Source: a virus. From it: 64,000 bases of DNA. The DNA is taken from positions 1 through 64,000 of the IMG/VR virus record IMGVR_UViG_3300022226_000002; one strand, given 5' to 3'. How positions within the stretch are numbered: position 1 is the stretch's first letter; each line of letters opens with the position of its first letter. Shown one piece after another: positions 1 through 9,110 of this stretch. Both the position numbers and the translations under genes were made by a program. The notes under the pieces are model-generated. The model worked only from the letters and a program-made list of their open reading frames with translations, was not told the origin of the DNA and did no database searches.

Positions 1-503
1 CCCCTGTAGAACCTGACCACCTTGTGCCGTCGGCTGTAGTCGCTCGAAAACCGCCACTCCATTCCGATCTCCTTCATCAGCCGGTCCACGGCATGATGCG
101 GCCATTGGATGGCAGAGTCTCCACCAATGCATCCGACCGTCCTGACCGGCCTGTCTGGGCGAGTCTCGTTGTCAAAGTTGCAGTGATGCTGAGGAATAAG
201 GTACAGCGGCCTAGTGCCAAAATAATCCGGCAGCACTGTCAACTGTTCCTCGGACACAGCAATCACGGGACCTTGCGTCATGCAATTGACACGTTTCAAG
301 CGAGGGATGCCGCAGTCGATAACGTCGTGAAACGCACGCCAAGGTTCCCTTGTCGGGCAATGGCCAAGAATGTAGATGCATACATCACCTTCATATCCAT
401 CCTCTGGGTTGAACCTCCCTCCCAGCCTATCGGCCATCTGAATTCCGCGGATCTCCCCAGGACCGCCGCAGAATCGCGCAAAAAATGAAAACGACGCGAT
501 CAT
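1..503 (-). CDS. Putative glycosyltransferase-like protein, 3' end truncated by window edge
   Basis: ATG at 503 directly follows the TGA of the upstream ORF. My translation MIASFSFFARFCGGPGEIRGIQMADRLGG...VIAVSEE...LIPQHHCNF...VGCIGG is open to position 1 and resembles GT-B type phage proteins. Not in the ORF track. Confidence 0.55.
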   Translation of the reverse strand, partial: MIASFSFFARFCGGPGEIRGIQMADRLGGRFNPEDGYEGDVCIYILGHCPTREPWRAFHDVIDCGIPRLKRVNCMTQGPVIAVSEEQLTVLPDYFGTRPLYLIPQHHCNFDNETRPDRPVRTVGCIGGDSAIQWPHHAVDRLMKEIGMEWRFSSDYSRRHKVVRFYR

Positions 504-1103
504 TCAACTCCTCCGCACCCAAAATGCGGTGGGCTCTTTCTCCCTGGTGATGTACCAAGGGCGAATGTCGTGGCACTTCGTGTAAGCATCTACCGCCTCC
601 ACAACGCCAGCCCAGTGGCCTGGTCGGTAATCGTGCAGGGCCACGATGCCGCCCATTCGGACCTTTGGCGCCCAGTAAATCAGATCACACACCACAAAAT
701 CAAACTGGTGGTTTGCATCGATGTAGACAAAATCAACCGATTGATCTTCAAATTCACTCACCGCATCCATGCTCGTCTTACGGATGACAGTGATGTTGTG
801 TCCTTTGATTTGATTCATGGCGTGCGCGTACAGCTTCTCCTGCCTCTCCTGGCTCGCGACGCCATGTCCAGCATCGTAGGCCATCCATGGATCAACGCAC
901 CACAAATGCATGTCGCGGTTGGCGTCGCAAAGGGCCGTAGCAAATTCGCCCTTCCGTGTGCCCACTTCCACGCCCTTCATGAATTGGAGCTTTTTGAAGA
1001 CTCGCCCAAGGTCCACGCGATTCCCTCTCTTGAGCAATCGCGGCAAGTTGTCGCTGGTGTCTTCGGTGGCGAATATCTCCAAGATCACTTTGTCTGCGTC
1101 CAT
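504..1103 (-). CDS. Class I SAM-dependent methyltransferase (Methyltransf_24-like)
   Basis: Motifs GVEVGTRKG, WCVDPW, DFVYIDANH, GGIVALHDY. Confidence 0.85.
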   Translation of the reverse strand: MDADKVILEIFATEDTSDNLPRLLKRGNRVDLGRVFKKLQFMKGVEVGTRKGEFATALCDANRDMHLWCVDPWMAYDAGHGVASQERQEKLYAHAMNQIKGHNITVIRKTSMDAVSEFEDQSVDFVYIDANHQFDFVVCDLIYWAPKVRMGGIVALHDYRPGHWAGVVEAVDAYTKCHDIRPWYITREKEPTAFWVRRS

Positions 1104-1798
1104 TAAGCCACTCCTGTGTAGTGGGCCACGATGTCGGCCGCCTTGCCCCAGTAAGGAATCTCGGTCGCCTTCAGTTCGCCTTCCTGCCTCTTCAACTTTG
1201 GGTTATTCAGATACGTTGGCGACACCCCCGTCGGGTGTGCCAGGTTTACCACGGCAATCGGCGACCACCATTCAACGTGCTTGCGACGTGTCACATGCAT
1301 TCGGACGTCTGAATCCTCGCGGCCAATTTCACCCGGTCGCGGATGGCCTCGTGGGTACTTCGCCTCTCGTTCGTCCAACGCTGCAATCATCAACTCCCTT
1401 GAGCAGATCATCGTGAACCCGCCTAGTCTCCGAAGAAGCGAAAACCGAGGTTCCTTGTGCCAGGACATGACCGTCCAACGGGCCATGTTGTACGCCACTT
1501 CATCTGCCTTCGGCCGAAAGTGCCTGAAGTGAATTGGAGGATAGAGGGAATCATCCTCAGCGATGGCAATGTACTCCGTTCTGGCAGCCTTGGCGGCCTT
1601 GTTCCACATAAGAAACGTGCCCCATCTCCCGTATGGCACGTCCTGAACGATGTTCGTTTCCCCCAAGTCCATTGGTTTAGACGACACAGTAATCAATGGA
1701 AAATCACCTACCGCCGCCAGCAGATGCCCCAGGTGGAAATCAACCCAACGCTGGGGCATCCGATTGGCGGTCATGTAGATGATGGTTAAATCGGACAT
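1103..1798 (-). CDS. Putative GT-A glycosyltransferase
   Basis: Likely start MSDLTIIYMTAN at 1798; the track's extension is an alternative frame of the upstream repeat. TEYIAIAEDDSLY is a DxD-like motif. Confidence 0.65.
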   Translation of the reverse strand: MSDLTIIYMTANRMPQRWVDFHLGHLLAAVGDFPLITVSSKPMDLGETNIVQDVPYGRWGTFLMWNKAAKAARTEYIAIAEDDSLYPPIHFRHFRPKADEVAYNMARWTVMSWHKEPRFSLLRRLGGFTMICSRELMIAALDEREAKYPRGHPRPGEIGREDSDVRMHVTRRKHVEWWSPIAVVNLAHPTGVSPTYLNNPKLKRQEGELKATEIPYWGKAADIVAHYTGVA

Positions 1799-1800
1799 CC

Positions 1801-2289
1801 TTACGTCGCCGACGGTGAACTCGACGGTGAACTCGACGGCGAACTCGACGGCGAACTCGAAGGCGTACTCGAAGGCGACGCCGACGGCGAACTCGAAGGC
1901 GTACTCGAAGGCGACGCCGACGATACAACCGTCCCGACGTTCCCCTCCAAAATTTCCCAACGGAATGATCCGGCGGTAATCGTCACCGAGATCAACGACA
2001 GGAAGTCAGAGGCGTCCGCAAACGTCGCTTCCGTTTCCAGCGCCACGTTCAGGCCGGCGGCGGCAGTCACTACCGCATTTCCGCCGCCGTCCGTCTTCAG
2101 TCGCAAGACGAGCCGGATGCCGGGCTTGGTCGGATTGGCCAGCGTTCGGGTTTCTCCCGAAGCGCCCGTGGTCATTTCGCAGATTTGGAGGTCGGCCGTG
2201 GCGCGAATAGTGCCAGTGTCGCCGGGATCTGCCAGCAACTTCGGCCCTCTATAAAGGTCGTGATGTATTCTTTGAGGGGACATACCCAT
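1801..2289 (-). CDS. Virion-associated protein with Ser/Pro C-terminal tail; paralog of 2361-2723
   Basis: Shares DLQICEM...PTKxGIRLVLRLxTDGG...ETEATFADASD with its neighbour; (S/T)PSS repeats at C-terminus. Confidence 0.75.
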   Translation of the reverse strand: MGMSPQRIHHDLYRGPKLLADPGDTGTIRATADLQICEMTTGASGETRTLANPTKPGIRLVLRLKTDGGGNAVVTAAAGLNVALETEATFADASDFLSLISVTITAGSFRWEILEGNVGTVVSSASPSSTPSSSPSASPSSTPSSSPSSSPSSSPSSSPSAT

Positions 2290-2360
2290 GAGAGGAACCC
2301 TTTCAAAAAGGTAGGAACAGGTGCAAGTTGCACCAGAGGAACACGTTCGGGTAACCGGCC

Positions 2361-2723
2361 CTACGCCAGCGTGACGCCAGTGTTGCCTTCAGCGATTTCC
2401 CATCTGTACCCGGTCGCTGTCGAGACAGAAATCAACGAAAGCAGATCGCTCGCGTCCGCAAATGTAGCCTCCGTTTCTAAGGAGGCATTAAGGCCCTCCG
2501 CAGCTGTCACAACTACGTTTCCGCCATCGGTCATGAGCCGCAACACCAAGCGGATGCCGGACTTCGTGGGAGCGGCAAGGATACGGGTCTCCGGCGCAGC
2601 GGAAACCATCTCGCAGATTTGCAGGTCCTGACTGACTCGGATCGTGCCTCCGTTGCCGGGATCCGCCATGGACTTGGGAACGCGGTACAGGTCTGAATGG
2701 ACTCGGTGCGACATGATAGACAT
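2361..2723 (-). CDS. Virion-associated protein; paralog of 1801-2289
   Basis: High similarity to the neighbouring ORF; lies in structural gene block. Confidence 0.75.
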   Translation of the reverse strand: MSIMSHRVHSDLYRVPKSMADPGNGGTIRVSQDLQICEMVSAAPETRILAAPTKSGIRLVLRLMTDGGNVVVTAAEGLNASLETEATFADASDLLSLISVSTATGYRWEIAEGNTGVTLA

Positions 2724-2817
2724 CCTTTCTCAAAAGGAAGAGGAACAGGGCCTTAGCCCAGAGGAACATGACAACACCGGGACAACGCCCGGCTCAGAAC
2801 AACACAATGTAGCTGCC

Positions 2818-4098
2818 TTAGACGCTCGGGAAACCTGTCTGATCTCTCGCCCACAAGACAAAGTCGTCGGCTTCCGCAAAAATGGTTGTAACTTTATTGT
2901 CTAGCTTCACACCATGTCGTGTAGCTGCTTGCTGGGTTGATGCACTGCCATAGGTAATCCTGTTCGCGCCTGACAGATATGCGGTAATCGTTGTCCCATC
3001 CGCAACTACCTGCACGGCATATTCTGTCCCAGCCGTGATCGTGACCGATGCGCTCGCTCTGGTCGTAGGTGTTCCACTGACATATTCGTTGATCTCGAAA
3101 CTGTTGCCGACAGCGTCTAGCAGAATCTCCCAATGGTCATCGGATGGGGTCGAATCATTCGCTCGGACAACTGCTGCCGCCCAATCTGATGGCGTCAATT
3201 TGACTTGCATGACAATGTCACTCTGGCTGACAGCAACATCACACAAGACATCATCGCCCGCCCCTGTCCCTGTGTTCTGCAGCTTGTTGCTTACTATTTC
3301 ACCTTCTCCTGAATTGCTTTTGGTCTCCGTCCATCCAATTCCATTACCTCCGCTCTCCGCTGCGCCGGCCCCGTCGGTACTGCCCAATGTGGTACTATCG
3401 GTTCGATCAAACGAATCACTTGCTAGTGGTGTTGGCGTCCAGCGTGTTGACGGGACCCGCCAGTTGTCCACTCCTGATGTTTCGCCCGCTATTTCGGATC
3501 TCGCGATTAGTGCAGGATAGAGTGTGGCTGTTGAGCCAGTGTCCCCCACCCATAGAAGAGTCCATATTCCGCTTATTTTGATAAAAAAGAAGGATCCTGT
3601 TGCCCTCAACACAATGGCATAGTTGTGCATTGTGGTAACAGTGTAATCAGCAATGACAATAACTGGATTTCCAGGCGAAACAACTCGCGCTGTGTCTGCC
3701 AATAATCCGAATGACGCCTCGTTATTGGCATTACTGGGAGTTGCGGCCGTGAAAAACCCAAATACCGGATGCGTCCAGCTAGAGCCATTGTCCGCGTCGC
3801 GCCGAACATCCAACAGAAACATGCGTCCAGCAGTCCGTGTAACTGCATCACCACGGACGTTGCTTGTGCTGCCGTCACCTGCAGCCGCGGAGTTAACCAC
3901 GGGGATCTCCAGGACGCCGCTGGAAATCGCCATTGAAGCGTGAGTCTGGATGAACGTCAGCGTACCCGGCCCCGGTTCAGCCGTGCGGGGAGAGACCACC
4001 GGAGCAGGATCTGCTGTAGTGAATTCGTCCGTCTGCTGGTAAGTCACGCCATATCCAGCCTTATGCAAAATAACGACCGGCACGAACATTACAGACAT
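2818..4098 (-). CDS. Beta-rich lectin/concanavalin-like structural protein (tail or receptor-binding candidate)
   Basis: 426 aa, Thr/Ser/Gly-rich; SDSFDRTDSTTLG and VQVVADGTTITAYL beta-sandwich-type motifs. Confidence 0.6.
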   Translation of the reverse strand: MSVMFVPVVILHKAGYGVTYQQTDEFTTADPAPVVSPRTAEPGPGTLTFIQTHASMAISSGVLEIPVVNSAAAGDGSTSNVRGDAVTRTAGRMFLLDVRRDADNGSSWTHPVFGFFTAATPSNANNEASFGLLADTARVVSPGNPVIVIADYTVTTMHNYAIVLRATGSFFFIKISGIWTLLWVGDTGSTATLYPALIARSEIAGETSGVDNWRVPSTRWTPTPLASDSFDRTDSTTLGSTDGAGAAESGGNGIGWTETKSNSGEGEIVSNKLQNTGTGAGDDVLCDVAVSQSDIVMQVKLTPSDWAAAVVRANDSTPSDDHWEILLDAVGNSFEINEYVSGTPTTRASASVTITAGTEYAVQVVADGTTITAYLSGANRITYGSASTQQAATRHGVKLDNKVTTIFAEADDFVLWARDQTGFPSV

Positions 4099-4104
4099 CC
4101 TTAA

Positions 4105-4479
4105 TTAGAATGGCGAGGCAGTCATCCAAATCGCTTCAATCGTTCCTGTTGTGGCGTTACCGCCCTGTGCGACAACCACTTGGATGCGCTCCCCAATAAT
4201 CGGAATGAATTCCGAACTCGCACTTTCAGCAACAGCGTCCGCCACTGCATTGGCTAGGGCGCGAGGGTAGTAGAACACGTCACTGGTTCCAGCATTGGTC
4301 ACCGTCAAAATCGGTATGCCGGATGTCTCGCCGGTAATGGTTAGGTCCGCGCCAGTGGCCAGGGTTCCCGGTGAATACTTCAGAGCGATTAGTAATCCAC
4401 GGATCGTGGAGCCAATGTACACAGTGGCACTACCGTCTGCTGCCGTGGTAATGGTGGTTGGCGAACTATGGAAAATCAT
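4105..4479 (-). CDS. Small structural protein
   Basis: 124 aa beta-rich ORF with GGAGG RBS in late block. Confidence 0.65.
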   Translation of the reverse strand: MIFHSSPTTITTAADGSATVYIGSTIRGLLIALKYSPGTLATGADLTITGETSGIPILTVTNAGTSDVFYYPRALANAVADAVAESASSEFIPIIGERIQVVVAQGGNATTGTIEAIWMTASPF

Positions 4480-4549
4480 AACAGATCCCCCTCCCTGACG
4501 TGTTTTTAGTTAATGTCGCTGACATCTCGGTTGAGCGTGCTTTGACTAC

Positions 4550-5800
4550 TCATAAATCCGTTCCATCCAAAGAGACCGCTCCCAGACGTGACGATCTGAG
4601 CCAGTAAGAGTCGTAATCACTGCCGTATCGACGTTCACTGCGTGGCGCGTCTCGGCCTAGCGATGTCGCACCTGCGCGTTCCTGGTCGGTTTGAATCGCG
4701 AGCGGAAGAAGCTCGAGAAATCGGTTCTCGTGGACGTGCTCCCTCTCTTCGAAATTGTGCTCGGCGGCTGCGAGACACGCTTCCAGAATAAGCTGGCCCA
4801 GCTGCTCACCTCCTACCGGGTACTGATTTACAGAATCGATCATGGTCGGCCTGAGCAGCATCGGAACCCGCAAGACATAGGTGGCGTCGGGCGTGGGGTA
4901 AAATGCCAAACGACGCCTGCTTCCTGTCGTAGGGTCGAACTCTACTGTCCGCACCGAGTAGAACACCGGCCTATCGAAGTACGGGTCGTCCTGTTGCCAT
5001 GTCCGAATCGCCTGGTCGTGCCGCTGCCTGACGGGCGGATAGAGCTCGTTCTGATCCGGGTAGTATGTCAGGTCACTGTCATTTGACACGGCTTCAAACG
5101 ACGCATCCAGAGGAATTTCCGGTCGCCCGAGCTCATACGCCGTTCCTGCGTCGATATCCACCGTCGTGTCGTCCAACGTGATTTGTGTGTCGCTGTCCCG
5201 GCTGGCGATGGAGTAGTAGCTGTTGCTCGCCTTCAGCGTCCCGTCCGCTGCCCATGACGGAAACGTTCCGGTTGTCAGAGTCACCACGCCATTAACCACT
5301 GCGATAGTCCCCGTGGCGTAGGGCGGGGTGGTCGTTACGTCTTTAATGGGCCGGAAGAAAGACCACTCATGCGCGGCGTACACCCTTCGCAGGCCGTCTT
5401 TCAAACAGTCCTCCACATCATTTGTCTGATCAGCCGTCGCCCCATCGCGAATTCCGAACAGGTAATGCAGAACTCGTTCATACAGGCTCGCGTAGCTGGA
5501 CAGCATCCCGTAGGCATCATCGGCCACCGCAGGCAGGTCAAACTCGATATAGATGGTGTCGCCATCGTAGACGAACTCGATATAAGCGGTGTATGACACG
5601 TCGAACGCAGCGGTCAGGACATAATCGTAGGTGCCCGTGGCGCTGTTGGTCATGTTCGTTCCATCAGCAACTACCACCGCTTCGGTGTCGTTTCGCTTGA
5701 TACCATACGTGCCGGTTGGATCGGAGAGCTTGGCAGATGACACGTTCGTGAGAACGCCAGCAACCTTGAATGTCTGGGAAATGGTGCGGTTGATCGTCAT
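4550..5800 (-). CDS. Putative tail tubular / head-tail adaptor protein
   Basis: DGLRRVYAAHEWSF and LAFYPTPDATYVLR motifs typical of podovirus adaptor-like proteins. Confidence 0.6.
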   Translation of the reverse strand: MTINRTISQTFKVAGVLTNVSSAKLSDPTGTYGIKRNDTEAVVVADGTNMTNSATGTYDYVLTAAFDVSYTAYIEFVYDGDTIYIEFDLPAVADDAYGMLSSYASLYERVLHYLFGIRDGATADQTNDVEDCLKDGLRRVYAAHEWSFFRPIKDVTTTPPYATGTIAVVNGVVTLTTGTFPSWAADGTLKASNSYYSIASRDSDTQITLDDTTVDIDAGTAYELGRPEIPLDASFEAVSNDSDLTYYPDQNELYPPVRQRHDQAIRTWQQDDPYFDRPVFYSVRTVEFDPTTGSRRRLAFYPTPDATYVLRVPMLLRPTMIDSVNQYPVGGEQLGQLILEACLAAAEHNFEEREHVHENRFLELLPLAIQTDQERAGATSLGRDAPRSERRYGSDYDSYWLRSSRLGAVSLDGTDL

Positions 5801-6753
5801 GTCACATCCGTCTCATCAAATGCGTAATCAGCACTCCCAGCGGAGCGAAACGTCACCTTGATCTCCCGTCTGCTATCTACATTCACTCCGGAAGACCTCG
5901 CTGTGAAGCACTGACTCTCGATGGTTATGATAACATCTGCGGCACTTGGGCTGGCGCTCGGGGTTGCACTCGGGGTTGCGCTCGGAGTTGCACTCGGAGT
6001 TGCACTTACACTGGCACTCGGGGTTGCACTTACACTGGCGCTCGGAGTTGCACTCGGACTCGCACTTGGGGTGGCGCTTACACTGGCACTCGGGGTGGCG
6101 CTCGGACTCGCACTTGGGGTGGCGCTTACACTGGCGCTTGGGGTGGCACTCGGGCTCGCGCTCGGGGTTGCACTCGGGCTGGCGCTGGGGCTGGCGCTGG
6201 GGCTCGCACTTGGGCTTGCGCTTGGGCTTGCGCTGGGACTCGCACTTGGGCTGGCACTCGGGCTTGCGCTGGGACTCGCACTTGGGCTGGCACTCGGGCT
6301 TGCGCTGGGACTCGCACTTGGGCTGGCACTCGGGCTTGGGCTTGCGCTTGGGCTTGCACTCGGGCTTGCACTTGGCGAGGCCGATGGTGACGCACTTGGG
6401 CTCGCGCTTGGGCTCGCACTTGGGCTTGCGCTCGGCGATGCCGACGGTGACGCACTCGGGCTCGCGCTTGGGCTTGGGCTTGCGCTTGGACTCGCACTGG
6501 GCGAGGCCGACGGTGACGCACTAGGGCTGGCGCTTGGGCTGGAGGCCGGGGCATCCGACACGTCAAGTGCAGGCGCGAACTCCCCAAACACGCCCTGCAC
6601 TCGATAGGCATCTGCAACACTTGTAAGGTCCTCGGAAACGACCGGTTTGAATTCACCGAAGACACCCTGGACATAGTTTAGACCAGCTGGGTAAAGATGA
6701 ATGCTCGGTTTAGCGCGCAGCGGCTGTATCGGGAATGAACGGCCGAGACGCAC
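5797..6753 (-). CDS. Mucin-like Ser/Pro/Ala/Thr repeat virion protein
   Basis: About 200 aa of SPSA/TPSA/SVSA repeats between short unique termini. The ATG of the downstream gene overlaps its stop. Confidence 0.75.
   Translation of the reverse strand: MRLGRSFPIQPLRAKPSIHLYPAGLNYVQGVFGEFKPVVSEDLTSVADAYRVQGVFGEFAPALDVSDAPASSPSASPSASPSASPSASPSASPSPSASPSASPSASPSASPSASPSASPSASPSASPSASPSASPSASPSPSASPSASPSASPSASPSASPSASPSASPSASPSASPSASPSASPSASPSASPSATPSASPSATPSASVSATPSASPSATPSASVSATPSASPSATPSASVSATPSASVSATPSATPSATPSATPSASPSAADVIITIESQCFTARSSGVNVDSRREIKVTFRSAGSADYAFDETDVT
5945..6541. repeat. 12-bp-period coding tandem repeat (SPSA/TPSA)n
   Basis: Degenerate units such as gcgcttgggctt and gcactcgggctg repeated over about 600 bp. 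Confidence 0.95.
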
Positions 6754-6757
6754 GGGT

Positions 6758-7270
6758 TTAGACCTCGATAACTACGTAACAATAGGCATTGACGGCAGCA
6801 GCAGCCTTGACCCTGATTCGCAAATACTGAGCTGGTGTAAACGCAGGCTCACGTCCCAGTGGCCATTGCTTAATGAATTGCCCGGTAGGCGCGATGTGTT
6901 GCACATCCAGCATCCGGACATTGGCTGGAGTCCCTTCGACTGTCGAAGTATAACCCGTCGTTGTCGTGCTTAGCGTGAACGGATAATCGGTAACGGGTGT
7001 TGTCCCAAGGGGATCTAGGTTCACTATCCCAGCCGCGACATGGGCGGTAACTGTTGCAGCTACCGTTGTCGTCAGCAACTCCACATCGATTGGTTCAGCA
7101 GCCGTCGAACCATCAAATGAAATGCCCCATTCGACAACCTTACCCCTAGTGACCCTACTAGCCCCCATCTTCACTTGCAGCATGGTCTTAATGCCTGTGC
7201 CTGTCGTTACCGCTACCTGTGATGCGGTTGTGGGCCTGGGTCCATTCGGAATCAGATATAGCTCTGCCAT
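6758..7270 (-). CDS. Structural protein
   Basis: 170 aa beta-rich ORF with AGGAG RBS. Confidence 0.7.
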   Translation of the reverse strand: MAELYLIPNGPRPTTASQVAVTTGTGIKTMLQVKMGASRVTRGKVVEWGISFDGSTAAEPIDVELLTTTVAATVTAHVAAGIVNLDPLGTTPVTDYPFTLSTTTTGYTSTVEGTPANVRMLDVQHIAPTGQFIKQWPLGREPAFTPAQYLRIRVKAAAAVNAYCYVVIEV

Positions 7271-7279
7271 GTTGGCTCC

Positions 7280-8155
7280 TTAATAGAATGCAGCTCGTTC
7301 GACTGCTATGTCGCGTGAGAGTTGATTTTTGTGGAATGTATCCGCCGCTGGCGCTATGCCAACACGTCGACTGACCATATTCAGTAGTGGCGAGTACCGC
7401 AGCTGGCTCAGTCGGTATAGCTGGTTGACTTCTGCTGCGGACAGAGCGCGATTGTAAATGCGGATGTCGTCTAGTACGCCTTCGTAAAAATGTTGCCAAG
7501 CGCCGCTGATATTCCCAGCACCCAGTCCTACAGACAGCGAATTACTCAGATCCGCATTTGATGGGCTATTGCTCACCCCGAGCGTCGTTACATCCGGCTT
7601 GCCGTTTACATAGATTTGCGCATCCGCCGCATTAGGCGTTGTCTGCCGATTCACGAAGACCATTCCGGCCTGAACCCAACCAGCCAGACGTATATTCGTT
7701 GCTCCATCCCATGCCGAATAAGTCAATCCGTTTGTGATGGTCATGCGAACGCCATTTACCGCATCGTTATAGCTGAGCGCAAATCCCTGAATTTTTGGTG
7801 TCCCTTGCTGGATTTTATCAACAAACCTCTGAGTTACTGTAGATGTGACATTTACCCAGCAAAAGATACTAAATAACGTTGATGTCCCAAAATCAAACGC
7901 ATCGTCATCAGGAACAGTCATATAGTCATCCGTGCCATCAAACACCCACTCGCCAAAACCGCCGGGCCTGCTTGTCCCTTTCCATTTGGTACTGATCGCA
8001 TCTGCGCCAATAGACCATGTCCCGTGATTCTTCCCGACTAGATCCACCACCGTTGAACCGCCGTTGTTTGCTGGTGTTACTCGCCAATAACCCACCAGCC
8101 CACGATTAAGCGGGTGGTTCCAGTTGATCGGATTCTGCCAAATAACCGGACCCAT
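7280..8155 (-). CDS. LamG/concanavalin A-like domain protein
   Basis: GLVGYW, FDGTDDY, QIYVNG, GVLDDIRIYNRALSAAEVNQLY. Confidence 0.9.
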   Translation of the reverse strand: MGPVIWQNPINWNHPLNRGLVGYWRVTPANNGGSTVVDLVGKNHGTWSIGADAISTKWKGTSRPGGFGEWVFDGTDDYMTVPDDDAFDFGTSTLFSIFCWVNVTSTVTQRFVDKIQQGTPKIQGFALSYNDAVNGVRMTITNGLTYSAWDGATNIRLAGWVQAGMVFVNRQTTPNAADAQIYVNGKPDVTTLGVSNSPSNADLSNSLSVGLGAGNISGAWQHFYEGVLDDIRIYNRALSAAEVNQLYRLSQLRYSPLLNMVSRRVGIAPAADTFHKNQLSRDIAVERAAFY

Positions 8156-8739
8156 TACTGCAGCTCTGGTATCACCGGATTCAGGACAATATGCGCCTCG
8201 ATGTCATCAGTATCGCAGATCGTTTGGCCGGTTTCATTCTTCACGATCAAAGAGCCATAGCGGTGTGGTGGGAACAGGTCGCCCACGTAGCCGATCTGCA
8301 CCGAATCGACAGCATCATTCGTCATAACCATGCTGCCGATGTATAGCAGCTGCTTGACCGAATCTGCCAAATCCGATGAATAGCCCGAATACGCTGCCGC
8401 AGCACCGCTGGCCGCTCCCATGTTGGCGGTGCCCGCTGTCGCCGATGGCGAAGCTGACCAGTAGAATTCGACCGCTTCCCCCGCTGTCGCCACAGCCACC
8501 TGCATCTCGATACAAGCCACGCACGCATACCGCTCGGCAAAGTGCGCCCCCAGGTCGACCTTGGCAGACTGGGCGGCCGCTGTATCAGCCAGGTTCAGCA
8601 ACACCAGCTCACACTGTGTATCGGTCCCGCTGCGCAAATCATTGGCAGCCGTCGGGCTGAAATCACCAGCGAAATTGGCGAAGCAAATCTGCGCCGGTGT
8701 ATCGTCCATCGGCTGCAGTAGGTATTTGTTTGGCATCAC
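8155..8739 (-). CDS. Structural protein
   Basis: 194 aa, translationally coupled to both neighbours. Confidence 0.7.
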   Translation of the reverse strand: MMPNKYLLQPMDDTPAQICFANFAGDFSPTAANDLRSGTDTQCELVLLNLADTAAAQSAKVDLGAHFAERYACVACIEMQVAVATAGEAVEFYWSASPSATAGTANMGAASGAAAAYSGYSSDLADSVKQLLYIGSMVMTNDAVDSVQIGYVGDLFPPHRYGSLIVKNETGQTICDTDDIEAHIVLNPVIPELQ

Positions 8740-9035
8740 GCACCCCCAGCAATTAACGCATCAACAGCGCTGTCGACATTCGTCTGAATGGCCGAATCGG
8801 ACGCACCTTGAATGGCGGCCACACTCAAACCCTTATTGGCAGCCAGCACATAGTTCAGGATTGCGATGGCTTTACCCTGGGGGTCATTGAGTGCACCGCT
8901 GGCCCAGGTAATCTGGGCTGTGGTTGGTGTGGCCCCGTCAATAAGTCCCTGCGCCTTGACAGCCACCGCAACCGCTACACGATTGCGAAGTGAGCTATCT
9001 GCCTGCAACTCTCTTAGTTCGGCATAGGTAGCCAT
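8736..9035 (-). CDS. Hypothetical helical protein
   Basis: 99 aa, GAGGAG RBS, ATGA overlap with next gene. Confidence 0.7.
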   Translation of the reverse strand: MATYAELRELQADSSLRNRVAVAVAVKAQGLIDGATPTTAQITWASGALNDPQGKAIAILNYVLAANKGLSVAAIQGASDSAIQTNVDSAVDALIAGGA

Positions 9036-9110
9036 AGTTTACTCCTCTGATGATTCATCGATTCTTTACCTCTGCTTCCAACTGCCTGGTCAGCCATTTA
9101 ATCATGCACC

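Noticed and set aside
1799-1960. N-terminal FEYAFEFAV extension of the GT-like ORF
   Set aside because: Alternative frame of the upstream gene's Ser/Pro repeat; the real start is likely 1798.
5921-6674. Long (LGLA)n, His/Trp-rich and (AQ)n ORFs
   Set aside because: Antisense or alternative frames of the stop-free 12-bp SPSA repeat.
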